From: Candidatus Microgenomatus sp.
Lineage (GTDB): Bacteria > Patescibacteriota > Minisyncoccia > UBA6257 > GWB1-50-10
Assembly (NCBI GenBank): GCA_020724805.1
Contig: DYGI01000001.1
Location: 239,157-303,156 of the forward strand
Reading direction: 5' to 3'
DNA: 64,000 bases
The notes under the pieces were generated by a model. That model made no database searches and was not told the origin of the DNA. It saw nothing but the letters and a program-made list of their open reading frames with translations. Made by a program: the position numbers and the translations under genes. Below are positions 28,510 through 36,268 of this stretch, one piece after another (the first letter of the stretch is position 1; each line of letters begins with the position of its first letter).

Positions 28510-28890
28510 ATGGCGGAAATAAAACGCATTCTTTTAGTTGAGGACGAACCTCTTTTGGGAAATCTTTTGAAGCAGCGCCTTGAGAAGGAGGGGTTCGAGA
28601 TAGTCCTTGCGCGCGACGGCGAGGAAGCGCTCGCGAAACTTCGCGAATCGAAGCCCGATCTCATTCTTCTCGACATAATTCTTCCGAAAATCTCTGGGTT
28701 CGAGCTTTTGGAGACCCTTCAAGCGGACCCCCAGTTCGAACGGGCGCCCGTCATCGTCATTTCGAATTTGGGTCAAGAGAGCGACGTGGCGCGGGGGCAG
28801 GCCCTTGGTGCTATTCAGTATTTCGTGAAGGCAAAGGTTTCCATAGAAGAGCTTGTGGAACACGTGAAAACGTTCCTGAGGGGACACTAA
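28510..28890 (+). CDS. response regulator, receiver domain only (CheY/PilH-like)
   Basis: ILLVEDEPLL...DLILLDIILPKISGFELL...KAKV. Single REC domain. Confidence 0.85.
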   Translation: MAEIKRILLVEDEPLLGNLLKQRLEKEGFEIVLARDGEEALAKLRESKPDLILLDIILPKISGFELLETLQADPQFERAPVIVISNLGQESDVARGQALGAIQYFVKAKVSIEELVEHVKTFLRGH

Positions 28891-28923
28891 GGTTATCCAC
28901 TGTTTTAATTTTTAACGAAAGGT

Positions 28924-28929
28924 ATAATA
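28924..28929 (+). promoter_or_regulatory. -10 hexamer TATAAT upstream of pilin gene
   Basis: Perfect TATAAT 32 nt upstream of ATG 28961. The -35 is weak. Confidence 0.35.
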
Positions 28930-28960
28930 AAAACGAAGATAATAATTGTATTCAGTACGC

Positions 28961-29527
28961 ATGAAACCGAAAGGATTCACCCTCATTGAGCTTCTCGTGG
29001 TCATCGCAATCCTCGCCGTTCTCGCGGTCGCGGTGGTTTTGGTGTTGAACCCCGCAGAGCTCATCAGGCAGGCACGCGACACCACGCGAATTTCCGACAT
29101 TGCGGCACTGAACAGCGCCGTCGCGCTTTTTCTTGCGGACGTGACAAGCCCCACATGGAGTGCAACAGTTAGGTGTACGAGCGGAACGGAGACTGTGGTA
29201 GGCGCGGCGTGCACTTTAAATGCATCGACCACGGTGGACGGAACGGGGTGGGTGAACCTCGATTTCACCGATATCTCGAGCGGCTCGCCTCTGCCGCGTC
29301 TCCCTATCGACCCGGTGAACGATTCGGGTTCCGCTACTTGCGCAGGAGCAGTGGATGGTTGTTACTACGGATATCGTTCGTCGGCAACGACAGGGAAGTA
29401 TAAGATTTTTGCGAACATGGAGAGCGTGAAATACACCACGGGTGGCGGTTCGGATGTGGAGTCTAATACGAAAGACGGAGGCAATGTGAATACCTGGTAT
29501 GAGGTAGGGAGTGACATGTCTCTTTAG
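28961..29527 (+). CDS. type IV pilin (prepilin-type N-terminal cleavage/methylation domain)
   Basis: MKPKGFTLIELLVVIAILAVLAVAVV: G-1, F+1, E+5 class III signal. 189 aa. Confidence 0.8.
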   Translation: MKPKGFTLIELLVVIAILAVLAVAVVLVLNPAELIRQARDTTRISDIAALNSAVALFLADVTSPTWSATVRCTSGTETVVGAACTLNASTTVDGTGWVNLDFTDISSGSPLPRLPIDPVNDSGSATCAGAVDGCYYGYRSSATTGKYKIFANMESVKYTTGGGSDVESNTKDGGNVNTWYEVGSDMSL

Positions 29528-29531
29528 TGAT

Positions 29532-29567
29532 TGCGCGGTTTCCGCGCGCCGCCTTCGGGCGTTTTTT
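29532..29567 (+). terminator. rho-independent terminator (tandem hairpins plus T7)
   Basis: GCGCGG-tttc-CGCGCG and CGCC-ttcg-GGCG followed by TTTTTTT. Confidence 0.6.
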
Positions 29568-29622
29568 TGTTATGAAAGGTGCAAGACTTTCTCTCCGTGA
29601 GATAGGCGAAGCCGCCATCTCA

Positions 29623-29675
29623 CGGGGTGCGCGAGGTATGCTAAAATTCATGATGAATATGAATTTTAATACCTC
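29623..29675 (+). promoter_or_regulatory. nested palindrome immediately upstream of pilB (candidate operator)
   Basis: GAGGTAT-gct-AAAATTCAT-gatgaat-ATGAATTTT-a-ATACCTC, ending 4 nt before ATG 29679. Confidence 0.35.
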
Positions 29676-29678
29676 AGC

Positions 29679-31394
29679 ATGATCAATCTCCCGAACGAGA
29701 AATTGAAAGAAATCGTAGTTCGTGCGGGTGCGGTGGATGAAACGATGTTCGACGCGGTAGGAGAAGAAGCCGCGCGGAAACGCCAAAGCCCCGTCGAGAT
29801 CCTCATTTCGCGCGGACTCATCTCGAAAGATTATTTCCTTATATTGGTGGCGAAAGCGCTCGGGGTTGAGCGTGTGAATTTAGGTGTGGTAAAGATTGAC
29901 GAACAAGTACTTCATCTACTTCCCGAGGATGTGGCGCGTCGAAGGAAGGTGATTCCGTTCGGCGCGGAGCCCGACGGGCGTTACAAGGTGGCGATGGAGG
30001 ACCCCACCGATCTTGAGACCATCGACTTTTTGACGTTGCGGCTCAATGGTCCTGTGAAGCCGTATCTCGCGGACGATGACGATTTAAACCGCGGTTTCAC
30101 GGTCTACCAGAAGCGCCTTACACAGGACTACAAGAAAGTCATTGAAGAGAGCGTGCAGGAATCCCTGCGGTCCAAAACGCAGGGAGGGCTGGAAGAGGCC
30201 GCGGAGGACCTTCCTATCGTTGCTATCGTCGACAATCTCCTCGAATATGCCATCTCTTCCCGCGCGTCTGATGTGCATTTCGAGATGCTCGACGACGGCA
30301 TTCTCGTGCGGTACCGCATCGACGGTATTTTGCACGAGATTATCCGAATGCCGAAAGAGGTGCACCCGGCGGTCGTCGCGCGCATTAAGATACTTTCGAA
30401 CCTTCGCGTCGACGAGCACACGCACCCTCAGGACGGACGTTTCCGATACAAGCTTGGAGGGAACGTTATCGACGTTCGCGTATCGGTCATCCCGACATTC
30501 TATGGAGAAAAAATGGTCCTTCGGCTTCTCTCCGCGGCACAGAAGCCGCTTTCGCTCGGCGAGCTCGGCATCATGGAGAACGATTCGAAGTCGATAGAAA
30601 CCGCGATTTCAAAAACCTACGGTATGGTGCTCGCGTGCGGACCCACCGGTTCCGGTAAAACCACAACGCTCTATTCCATCTTGAATCTCTTGAATAAGCC
30701 GGACGTGAACATTGTGACCATCGAAGACCCTATCGAGTACGATATGCGCTATGTGAACCAGATGCAGGTGAACGTGGCGGCCGGCATTACGTTCGCATCG
30801 GGGCTCCGCTCGGTGCTTCGCCAGGATCCGAACGTTATCATGGTCGGTGAGGTGCGTGATGCTGAGACCGCGAACATTTCGGTACAGGCGGCTTTGACCG
30901 GCCACCTGGTGCTTTCATCGCTCCACACGAATGATGCGCCGACCGTGGTGCCGCGCCTCATTGATATGGGTATCCCGCCATTTTTAGTCGCGGCGGTATT
31001 GAACGACATCATCGCGCAGCGCCTCGTGCGGAAGGTTCACTTGGACTGCATCGAATCCTACGTGCCAGAGAAAAGCGTGCTCGAAACCATTGCGCGCGAG
31101 CTTGAATCGCAGGGAGTGGATCCGCGTACCGTGAAATTGCCGAAAACGTTCTATCGTGGAAAGGGATGCACGGCGTGCGGTGGTACGGGGTATTTTGGAC
31201 GTCTCGGCATCTTCGAAGTACTCCCGGTTTCCGAAGCGGTGCGAAAACTCATCATTTCGGACGAATTCAACCTTGATAATCTCCGGAAGGTCGCGCGTGC
31301 GGAGGGAATGGTGACCATGTTCGAAGACGGACTTCGAAAAGTGGAACGGGGCATTACCACCATCGCGGAATTGTTTAGAGTGATAAGAGAGTAA
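29679..31394 (+). CDS. pilB: type IV pilus assembly ATPase PilB (GspE family)
   Basis: 571 aa. N-terminal GspII_E_N-like region. Walker A GPTGSGKTTT. Tetracysteine CTACGGTG. Confidence 0.92.
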   Translation: MINLPNEKLKEIVVRAGAVDETMFDAVGEEAARKRQSPVEILISRGLISKDYFLILVAKALGVERVNLGVVKIDEQVLHLLPEDVARRRKVIPFGAEPDGRYKVAMEDPTDLETIDFLTLRLNGPVKPYLADDDDLNRGFTVYQKRLTQDYKKVIEESVQESLRSKTQGGLEEAAEDLPIVAIVDNLLEYAISSRASDVHFEMLDDGILVRYRIDGILHEIIRMPKEVHPAVVARIKILSNLRVDEHTHPQDGRFRYKLGGNVIDVRVSVIPTFYGEKMVLRLLSAAQKPLSLGELGIMENDSKSIETAISKTYGMVLACGPTGSGKTTTLYSILNLLNKPDVNIVTIEDPIEYDMRYVNQMQVNVAAGITFASGLRSVLRQDPNVIMVGEVRDAETANISVQAALTGHLVLSSLHTNDAPTVVPRLIDMGIPPFLVAAVLNDIIAQRLVRKVHLDCIESYVPEKSVLETIARELESQGVDPRTVKLPKTFYRGKGCTACGGTGYFGRLGIFEVLPVSEAVRKLIISDEFNLDNLRKVARAEGMVTMFEDGLRKVERGITTIAELFRVIRE

Positions 31395-31523
31395 GGATAT
31401 GAATCCCGTTAGCGGCAACTAATATCATGTTCATGTTTCACCGTATAAATCCAAAAAATCGTAATATAAAGGTCTCGTGGCACAACCACGGTCGCCTTGG
31501 GGCGACCTACCTCTAACGGGATG
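31395..31523 (+). repeat. intercistronic structured element, copy B (SD + mini-ORF MNPVSGN + two GC hairpins + start codon of pilC)
   Basis: AAGGAT-ATGAATCCCGTTAGCGGCAACTAA, then AAAGGTCTCGTGGCACAACCACGGTCGCCTTGGGGCGACCTACCTCTAACGGG-ATG. About 85% identical to copy C outside the central loop. Confidence 0.6.
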
Positions 31524-32729
31524 AAATATCGTTATATTGCATCACAGCAGGATGGACGCGTGGTTGAGGGAGACCTCGAGGCGCGTGATATGACCGAGGC
31601 GCTCGCCACTCTCGGGAAAAACCAATTAAAACCGGTGAGTTTGAAACCGCTCGAAGAAGCGGCCAAGCGGTCATTTGCGCTGTTCAGAGGGAAAATGACG
31701 TTGACTGATCTCGTGTTCATGTCGAAATACCTCTCGCTCATGTTGAAAGTGGGAACGGGACTTTTGGAAGCAATAAATATTCTCGTGGCTGACATCAAAA
31801 AGCCCGCGGTGCGCGACATTCTTCTTGAGATTCGCACTACCTTGGAGCAAGGTCAGCCGTTCTACACCACATTCGCGAAGTATCCGCGTGTTTTCGGGAG
31901 CGTGTATGCAAACCTCGTAAAAGCAGGAGAAGCATCGGGTGACCTTGAACATGTGTTTGAGGATCTCACCGAGGATCTCACCAAACAAAAAGACCTCAAG
32001 GACAGGGTGCGCGGCGCCTTGATATACCCAATTCTTCTTCTCATTGGGTCAGTGCTTATCCTCTCGTTTCTTGTGGGGTTCGCGCTCCCAAAGATCGCAG
32101 ACGTCTTTCTCCAAGGCGGATTCGAGCCTCCACTTTTCTCGCGCATCGTCTTTTCCGTCGGGCTTTTCTTCAGTGATTACGGGATCTATTTCCTAGGAAT
32201 TTTTCTTGTGCTGGTCGTGATGGTGTGGCGACTCTATATTGCGTCCCCATTCTTCAAGAAATTTATTTTAGGAATATTTGCCGAGATTCCCCTCATTCGT
32301 GATGTGGTGCAGAAGATCGCGCTCCAGCGATTTGCGTCTACCTTCTCCTCGCTTATCCGCGCGGGAATGCCCATTACCGACGCCTTGGAGATTACCGCAA
32401 CCGCGGCGGGGAATGTGGAACTTTCGGAGTCATTAATGCGCATTTCGCGCGAGGGTCTCATGAAAGGGCTCACCATCGGCGAGGCGTTCAAGCGCGAACC
32501 TTTCTTTCCGCAGACCGTCGCGAGCCTCATGTCCATCTCTGAAAAGGCGGGGCATTTAGATGAAGTGCTGGGAACTCTCTCCGATTTCTACGCCAAAGAA
32601 ATAGACGCGTCGGTAAAATCACTCGTGTCATTCTTGGAACCGCTTCTCCTCGTCTTGATTGGTGCGGTCATCGGCGTTATCGCGCTTGCCATTATTGTGC
32701 CTATCTATCAATTGACCACCCAGTTTTAA
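31521..32729 (+). CDS. pilC: type IV pilus inner-membrane platform protein PilC (GspF family)
   Basis: MKYRYIASQQDGRVVEGDLEA... typical PilC N-terminus. Two GspF repeats with TM helices. Confidence 0.9.
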   Translation: MKYRYIASQQDGRVVEGDLEARDMTEALATLGKNQLKPVSLKPLEEAAKRSFALFRGKMTLTDLVFMSKYLSLMLKVGTGLLEAINILVADIKKPAVRDILLEIRTTLEQGQPFYTTFAKYPRVFGSVYANLVKAGEASGDLEHVFEDLTEDLTKQKDLKDRVRGALIYPILLLIGSVLILSFLVGFALPKIADVFLQGGFEPPLFSRIVFSVGLFFSDYGIYFLGIFLVLVVMVWRLYIASPFFKKFILGIFAEIPLIRDVVQKIALQRFASTFSSLIRAGMPITDALEITATAAGNVELSESLMRISREGLMKGLTIGEAFKREPFFPQTVASLMSISEKAGHLDEVLGTLSDFYAKEIDASVKSLVSFLEPLLLVLIGAVIGVIALAIIVPIYQLTTQF

Positions 32730-32785
32730 AAAATTGATTCTTATTGAAACATTGAAAATTGAATCATTATGAAGATTGAAAGGTT
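32730..32785 (+). repeat. AT-rich TTGAAR-unit element R1
   Basis: aaaaattgattcttattgaaacattgaaaattgaatcatt runs into the ATG of the four-helix-bundle gene. Same unit family as R2-R5. Confidence 0.6.
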
Positions 32786-33152
32786 CGAAGATCTACCGAT
32801 ATGGAAAGATGCGCGCGTACTTATTCAAATAATCTACAAACTCTCAGCCCCATGGAAAGATTTTTCATTGCGAGACCAAGTAAGACGAGCGGCAGTTTCC
32901 GCGATTTCCAACATCTCTGAAGGGTTTGAGCGCGGTTCTAATCGGGAATTTATACAATTTCTCTATATTGCGAAAGGCTCATTAGGAGAACTTCGCGCGC
33001 AACTTTACGTTGCATATGATGTGCGAATGGTAGGTAAAGAAAATTTTGAAAAATGTCTCGCGCAATGCGAGGTAGTTTCAAGGGGCATCAGCCGTTTCGT
33101 GGGATATTTGAGAAAATCCCCACTTACCAAAGAAAGGCACAAATCCAGATGA
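32769..33152 (+). CDS. four-helix-bundle protein (23S rRNA IVS protein / Avd-like family)
   Basis: 127 aa. ...AISNISEGFERGSNREFIQFLYIAKGSLGELRAQLYVA matches the TIGR02436/PF05635 family. Confidence 0.75.
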   Translation: MKIERFEDLPIWKDARVLIQIIYKLSAPWKDFSLRDQVRRAAVSAISNISEGFERGSNREFIQFLYIAKGSLGELRAQLYVAYDVRMVGKENFEKCLAQCEVVSRGISRFVGYLRKSPLTKERHKSR

Positions 33153-34324
33153 ACAAGGAATCTTTCAATTCTTCAATGGTTCAATCGCGTGGCGCGCGAA
33201 GCGCGTTCACGCTCATAGAAATGTTGGTGGTGGTTGCACTCACCGTTGCTATTGCGACCGCAGGTTTTCTCGGCCTTTCGGGATATCGCAACAAGCAAGC
33301 GCTCGAATCGGGCCTCGATGAACTCCGCGCGGCGGTGGAGGCAACGAAGCGTCGTTCGGTAGCGCAGGAGGAAGGAAGCCGGTGGGGGATGCGGTTTACA
33401 AACGCGACTTCCGGCATTTCCTCATACTCTGTCTTTCAGGGAAGCTCATATTCCACGAGCGGTATCGACCGTACCTACTCGTTCCGTGACCCCGTGGGGT
33501 TCATGAATCCGTCCGCTTCATCCACCTACGATGTGGTGTTTGCCCCGCTCTCCGGAGCGCTCTCGGAAAATAAAGTGTTCACGCTCGGCGGGGGCTTAAA
33601 AGGTTTTATCGGAGACCTTATTCTTCGCACTATCGGGTCCATCACCGCGCGCACCGATCAAGACGTGGTGGGATATTGGCACTTGGATGAAGGAACGGGA
33701 ACCGCCGCCTACGACTCCTCTGGTTACGGAAATACCGGCACACTCACGAACGGTCCGACGTGGCAATCAGGGACGAGCTGTAGGGCGGGAGGATGTCTAA
33801 ATCTAAACGGTTCGACGCATTACATACAGTACGGGAACGTTTTGAATATGGGTCTTGATGACTGGACGATTTCTGCGTGGGTCAATACAACAGATTCCTC
33901 GCTGACTAATCGGTATTATTTGAGCAAATCAAGAGCGGCAGCGCAAAACTACCGCTACGGTTTATTTATTAGCTCGAGCACACAATCGGGAGGGATATTT
34001 ATGCAGGGGAATGGGGGTGCCGATGTGGCGGTGAGCGGGAATGTAGCCGTCAATAACGGCCAATGGCACCACTTAGTCTCCGTTTTTGACAGAGACAACA
34101 ACGCCTCACTCTACATTGATGGCGCTTTGAATGCGAGCGGAACTATTTCGCAATGGGCAAGCGCAAATATGGTATCAAACAACCCTTTTAGAATAGGGTC
34201 GTACACTGCGTCTGATAATACTACGCCAACGCTATTTTTCCCCGGATCGGTGGACGAATTTCGTGTCTGGAGCCGGGCGCTCTCCGCGAGCGAGATTGAA
34301 GCGCTCTATAATGACCTTAAGTAA
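33149..34324 (+). CDS. type IV pilin-like protein with C-terminal LamG (concanavalin-like lectin) domain
   Basis: RSAFTLIEMLVVVALTVAIATAG pilin-type N-terminus (A at -1). LamG hallmarks WHLDEGTGTAAYDSSGYGNTGT...VDEFRVWSRALSASEI. Confidence 0.7.
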   Translation: MNKESFNSSMVQSRGARSAFTLIEMLVVVALTVAIATAGFLGLSGYRNKQALESGLDELRAAVEATKRRSVAQEEGSRWGMRFTNATSGISSYSVFQGSSYSTSGIDRTYSFRDPVGFMNPSASSTYDVVFAPLSGALSENKVFTLGGGLKGFIGDLILRTIGSITARTDQDVVGYWHLDEGTGTAAYDSSGYGNTGTLTNGPTWQSGTSCRAGGCLNLNGSTHYIQYGNVLNMGLDDWTISAWVNTTDSSLTNRYYLSKSRAAAQNYRYGLFISSSTQSGGIFMQGNGGADVAVSGNVAVNNGQWHHLVSVFDRDNNASLYIDGALNASGTISQWASANMVSNNPFRIGSYTASDNTTPTLFFPGSVDEFRVWSRALSASEIEALYNDLK

Positions 34325-34400
34325 ATGAAATTGAAAATTAAAAAATTGAAAATTGAACGATTGAATAGCAAATTTTTCAATCTTTCAATCCTTCAATCAC
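34325..34400 (+). repeat. AT-rich TTGAAR-unit palindromic element R2 (overlaps annotated 5' end of next CDS)
   Basis: ATGAAATTGAAAATTAAAAAATTGAAAATTGAACGATTGAATAGCAAATTTTTCAATCTTTCAATCCTTCAATCAC. Imperfect palindrome of tandem subrepeats. Confidence 0.6.
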
Positions 34401-35695
34401 ATTCGCGCTCCGGTCAATCATTGGTAGAAGTCGTCATCGGGCTCGCCATTGGGGCGATACTCATGGGTACCGCGGCCTTTGCGGTGACCACCATGCTCAA
34501 AACCAACCTCACTTCGGAAAAGTCTCAATTCGCCTCACGGTTCGCGCAGGCGCTTGCGGACAATGTACGCTCCTATGCGGTGGGGAATTGGGATTCGCTC
34601 TACAGCCTTACCAAGGCCACGAGTTCACATTATTTTTTGAACGCGTCCGGCACCACATTCTTTGTGGTGGAAGGCGAAGAGGGGATGTGGGATGGGGACG
34701 TAACTAGCGGACTCGTGGGACAGTGGAAATTCGACGAAGTGGAGACCACGACCAGCACGACCACCTATGATGCAACAGGCAATAGAAACCATGGGACTCT
34801 CGGGGGTAGCCCTACGAGAAGCACATCAACATGCAAAATTTCCAATTGCCTCACTTTCAACGGATCTAGCAATGGTGTCAGTGTTTCCGATAGTGCCACT
34901 TTCGACTTCGGGGCCGGAGATTTTTCGGTGGCGGTTTGGGTTAATCCTGCGGGAGGAGGAACGGGAGATACCCAAGACATGCTTGTTTCCAAAACATCCT
35001 ATCCGAGCGGTTTTAACAATCGTGGCCCCGGTTTCTACCTTGGAAGAGCCAACGATAGTTATTGGTCATTCATGGTGGCCGACAGCCCGGATGTGGGAGG
35101 TAATAAAGTGAATACCGGACAGAATCCTTCAGGATGGTTTCATCTTGCGGGCATTTCGGAAGGAGGAGTTCTTAAAATGTATTTGAACGGCACGCTTATG
35201 AGCACCACTACAAGGACCGTGGGGTCGGTAGATAATAGCGTGAATCTTTATTTCGCATACCGTCCTAGTGCGTGGTATTTCGGAGGAAGTTTGGACGACG
35301 TTCGTCTTTATAACCGTGCGCTCTCCGCAGATGAAGTTCGCCAACTTTGGAACTCGGGAGTGTATGAGCGTTTCTTTACCATTGAAAATGTGTGTCGCAC
35401 GAACGATGCCTCGAGCACTATCGCTTCAACCGCACCGTGCAGCGGAACACTCGAAGACGGTTCAACCCAATGGATTACGAGCTATACGCAGTGGGTCACG
35501 GGTGCGGGAACGAACGAAGTGACGATTCCTTCCATCATTGCGCGGTGGCAAAATGCGGTATTTCACCAGAGCGACTGGTCGGGAGGCGCGGCGAGCGAAG
35601 GCGCGGTCGTAGAGCCTACCAACAAGTTCTCAAGTTCCACGAATGCTTCGACGACCGGCGGGGTCATACAGATACAGAATCTCTCACAGCAATAA
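34325..35695 (+). CDS. type IV pilin-like protein with LamG domain (second paralog; true start uncertain)
   Basis: Cleavage-type motif SGQSLVEVVIGLAIGAILMG (G-1, E+5). LamG motifs WKFDE...GNRNHGTL...LDDVRLYNRALSADEV. The first 25 codons are encoded by repeat R2. A TTG start near 34363 is possible. Confidence 0.65.
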   Translation: MKLKIKKLKIERLNSKFFNLSILQSHSRSGQSLVEVVIGLAIGAILMGTAAFAVTTMLKTNLTSEKSQFASRFAQALADNVRSYAVGNWDSLYSLTKATSSHYFLNASGTTFFVVEGEEGMWDGDVTSGLVGQWKFDEVETTTSTTTYDATGNRNHGTLGGSPTRSTSTCKISNCLTFNGSSNGVSVSDSATFDFGAGDFSVAVWVNPAGGGTGDTQDMLVSKTSYPSGFNNRGPGFYLGRANDSYWSFMVADSPDVGGNKVNTGQNPSGWFHLAGISEGGVLKMYLNGTLMSTTTRTVGSVDNSVNLYFAYRPSAWYFGGSLDDVRLYNRALSADEVRQLWNSGVYERFFTIENVCRTNDASSTIASTAPCSGTLEDGSTQWITSYTQWVTGAGTNEVTIPSIIARWQNAVFHQSDWSGGAASEGAVVEPTNKFSSSTNASTTGGVIQIQNLSQQ

Positions 35696-35700
35696 AGAGG

Positions 35701-35780
35701 TTATTGAAGAATTGAGAGATTAAAGAATTGAAGAATTAGGAGATTAATAAAGAATTTTTCAATCTTTCAATTTTCAATAC
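35701..35780 (+). repeat. AT-rich TTGAAR-unit palindromic element R3
   Basis: attgaagaattgagagattaaagaattgaagaatt ... aatttttcaatctttcaattttcaat. Left and right halves are reverse complements. Confidence 0.6.
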
Positions 35781-35805
35781 CCATCTATAGGTTTATACTT
35801 TACTT

Positions 35806-36207
35806 ATGGCAACGATAAGGAACTTCCATGAAAAGTTAGAACAAGATCTCCAACGGGTAACCGCGGAGATCGAGCGCCGCAGGGAACGCGCACCCGAAAT
35901 CGCATCACGCGAAGTGGTGAGGCAGTCCATTATTGCGGCAATACCTCAAGCACCTGTTTCGGAGAGGGTCGAGGCCTCTCCCTCTGGTTCTTCACCGGCC
36001 GCGCCGGAGCGAATTCCCGCATATCTTAATGAGGAATCTCCTGAAATAAAGGCGGAGGTGGAACGACTCGTATCGCTGGCGTTCGAGAAGGGCATTTCAT
36101 CGGCAGTGGAAGAGGCGGCAAAAAAGTCCCCGTTCGTACTTGATGCGTTCCACGATGCGCTTGCGGATAAACTTCTGCCGGAATTGGAGAAAAGAGGAAT
36201 AATTTAA
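35806..36207 (+). CDS. hypothetical protein (133 aa, predicted helical)
   Basis: ORF between R3 and R4. Charged, helical composition. No motif recognised. Confidence 0.45.
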   Translation: MATIRNFHEKLEQDLQRVTAEIERRRERAPEIASREVVRQSIIAAIPQAPVSERVEASPSGSSPAAPERIPAYLNEESPEIKAEVERLVSLAFEKGISSAVEEAAKKSPFVLDAFHDALADKLLPELEKRGII

Positions 36208-36264
36208 AAATTGAAGAATTGAAGCATTGAATGATTAATTTTTCAATTTTCAATTTTCAATTTA
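36208..36264 (+). repeat. AT-rich TTGAAR-unit palindromic element R4
   Basis: aaaaattgaagaattgaagcattgaatgattaatttttcaattttcaattttcaattt, ending 4 nt before ATG 36269. Confidence 0.6.
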
Positions 36265-36268
36265 TTTT

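Noticed and set aside
32769-35695. Complete diversity-generating retroelement
   Set aside because: Avd-like gene and lectin-domain targets are present, but there is no reverse transcriptase and no TR/VR repeat pair recognisable in the window.
32730-36264. CRISPR array
   Set aside because: The TTGAAR elements are palindromic, heterogeneous in length and separated by whole genes, not regular repeat-spacer units. No cas genes.
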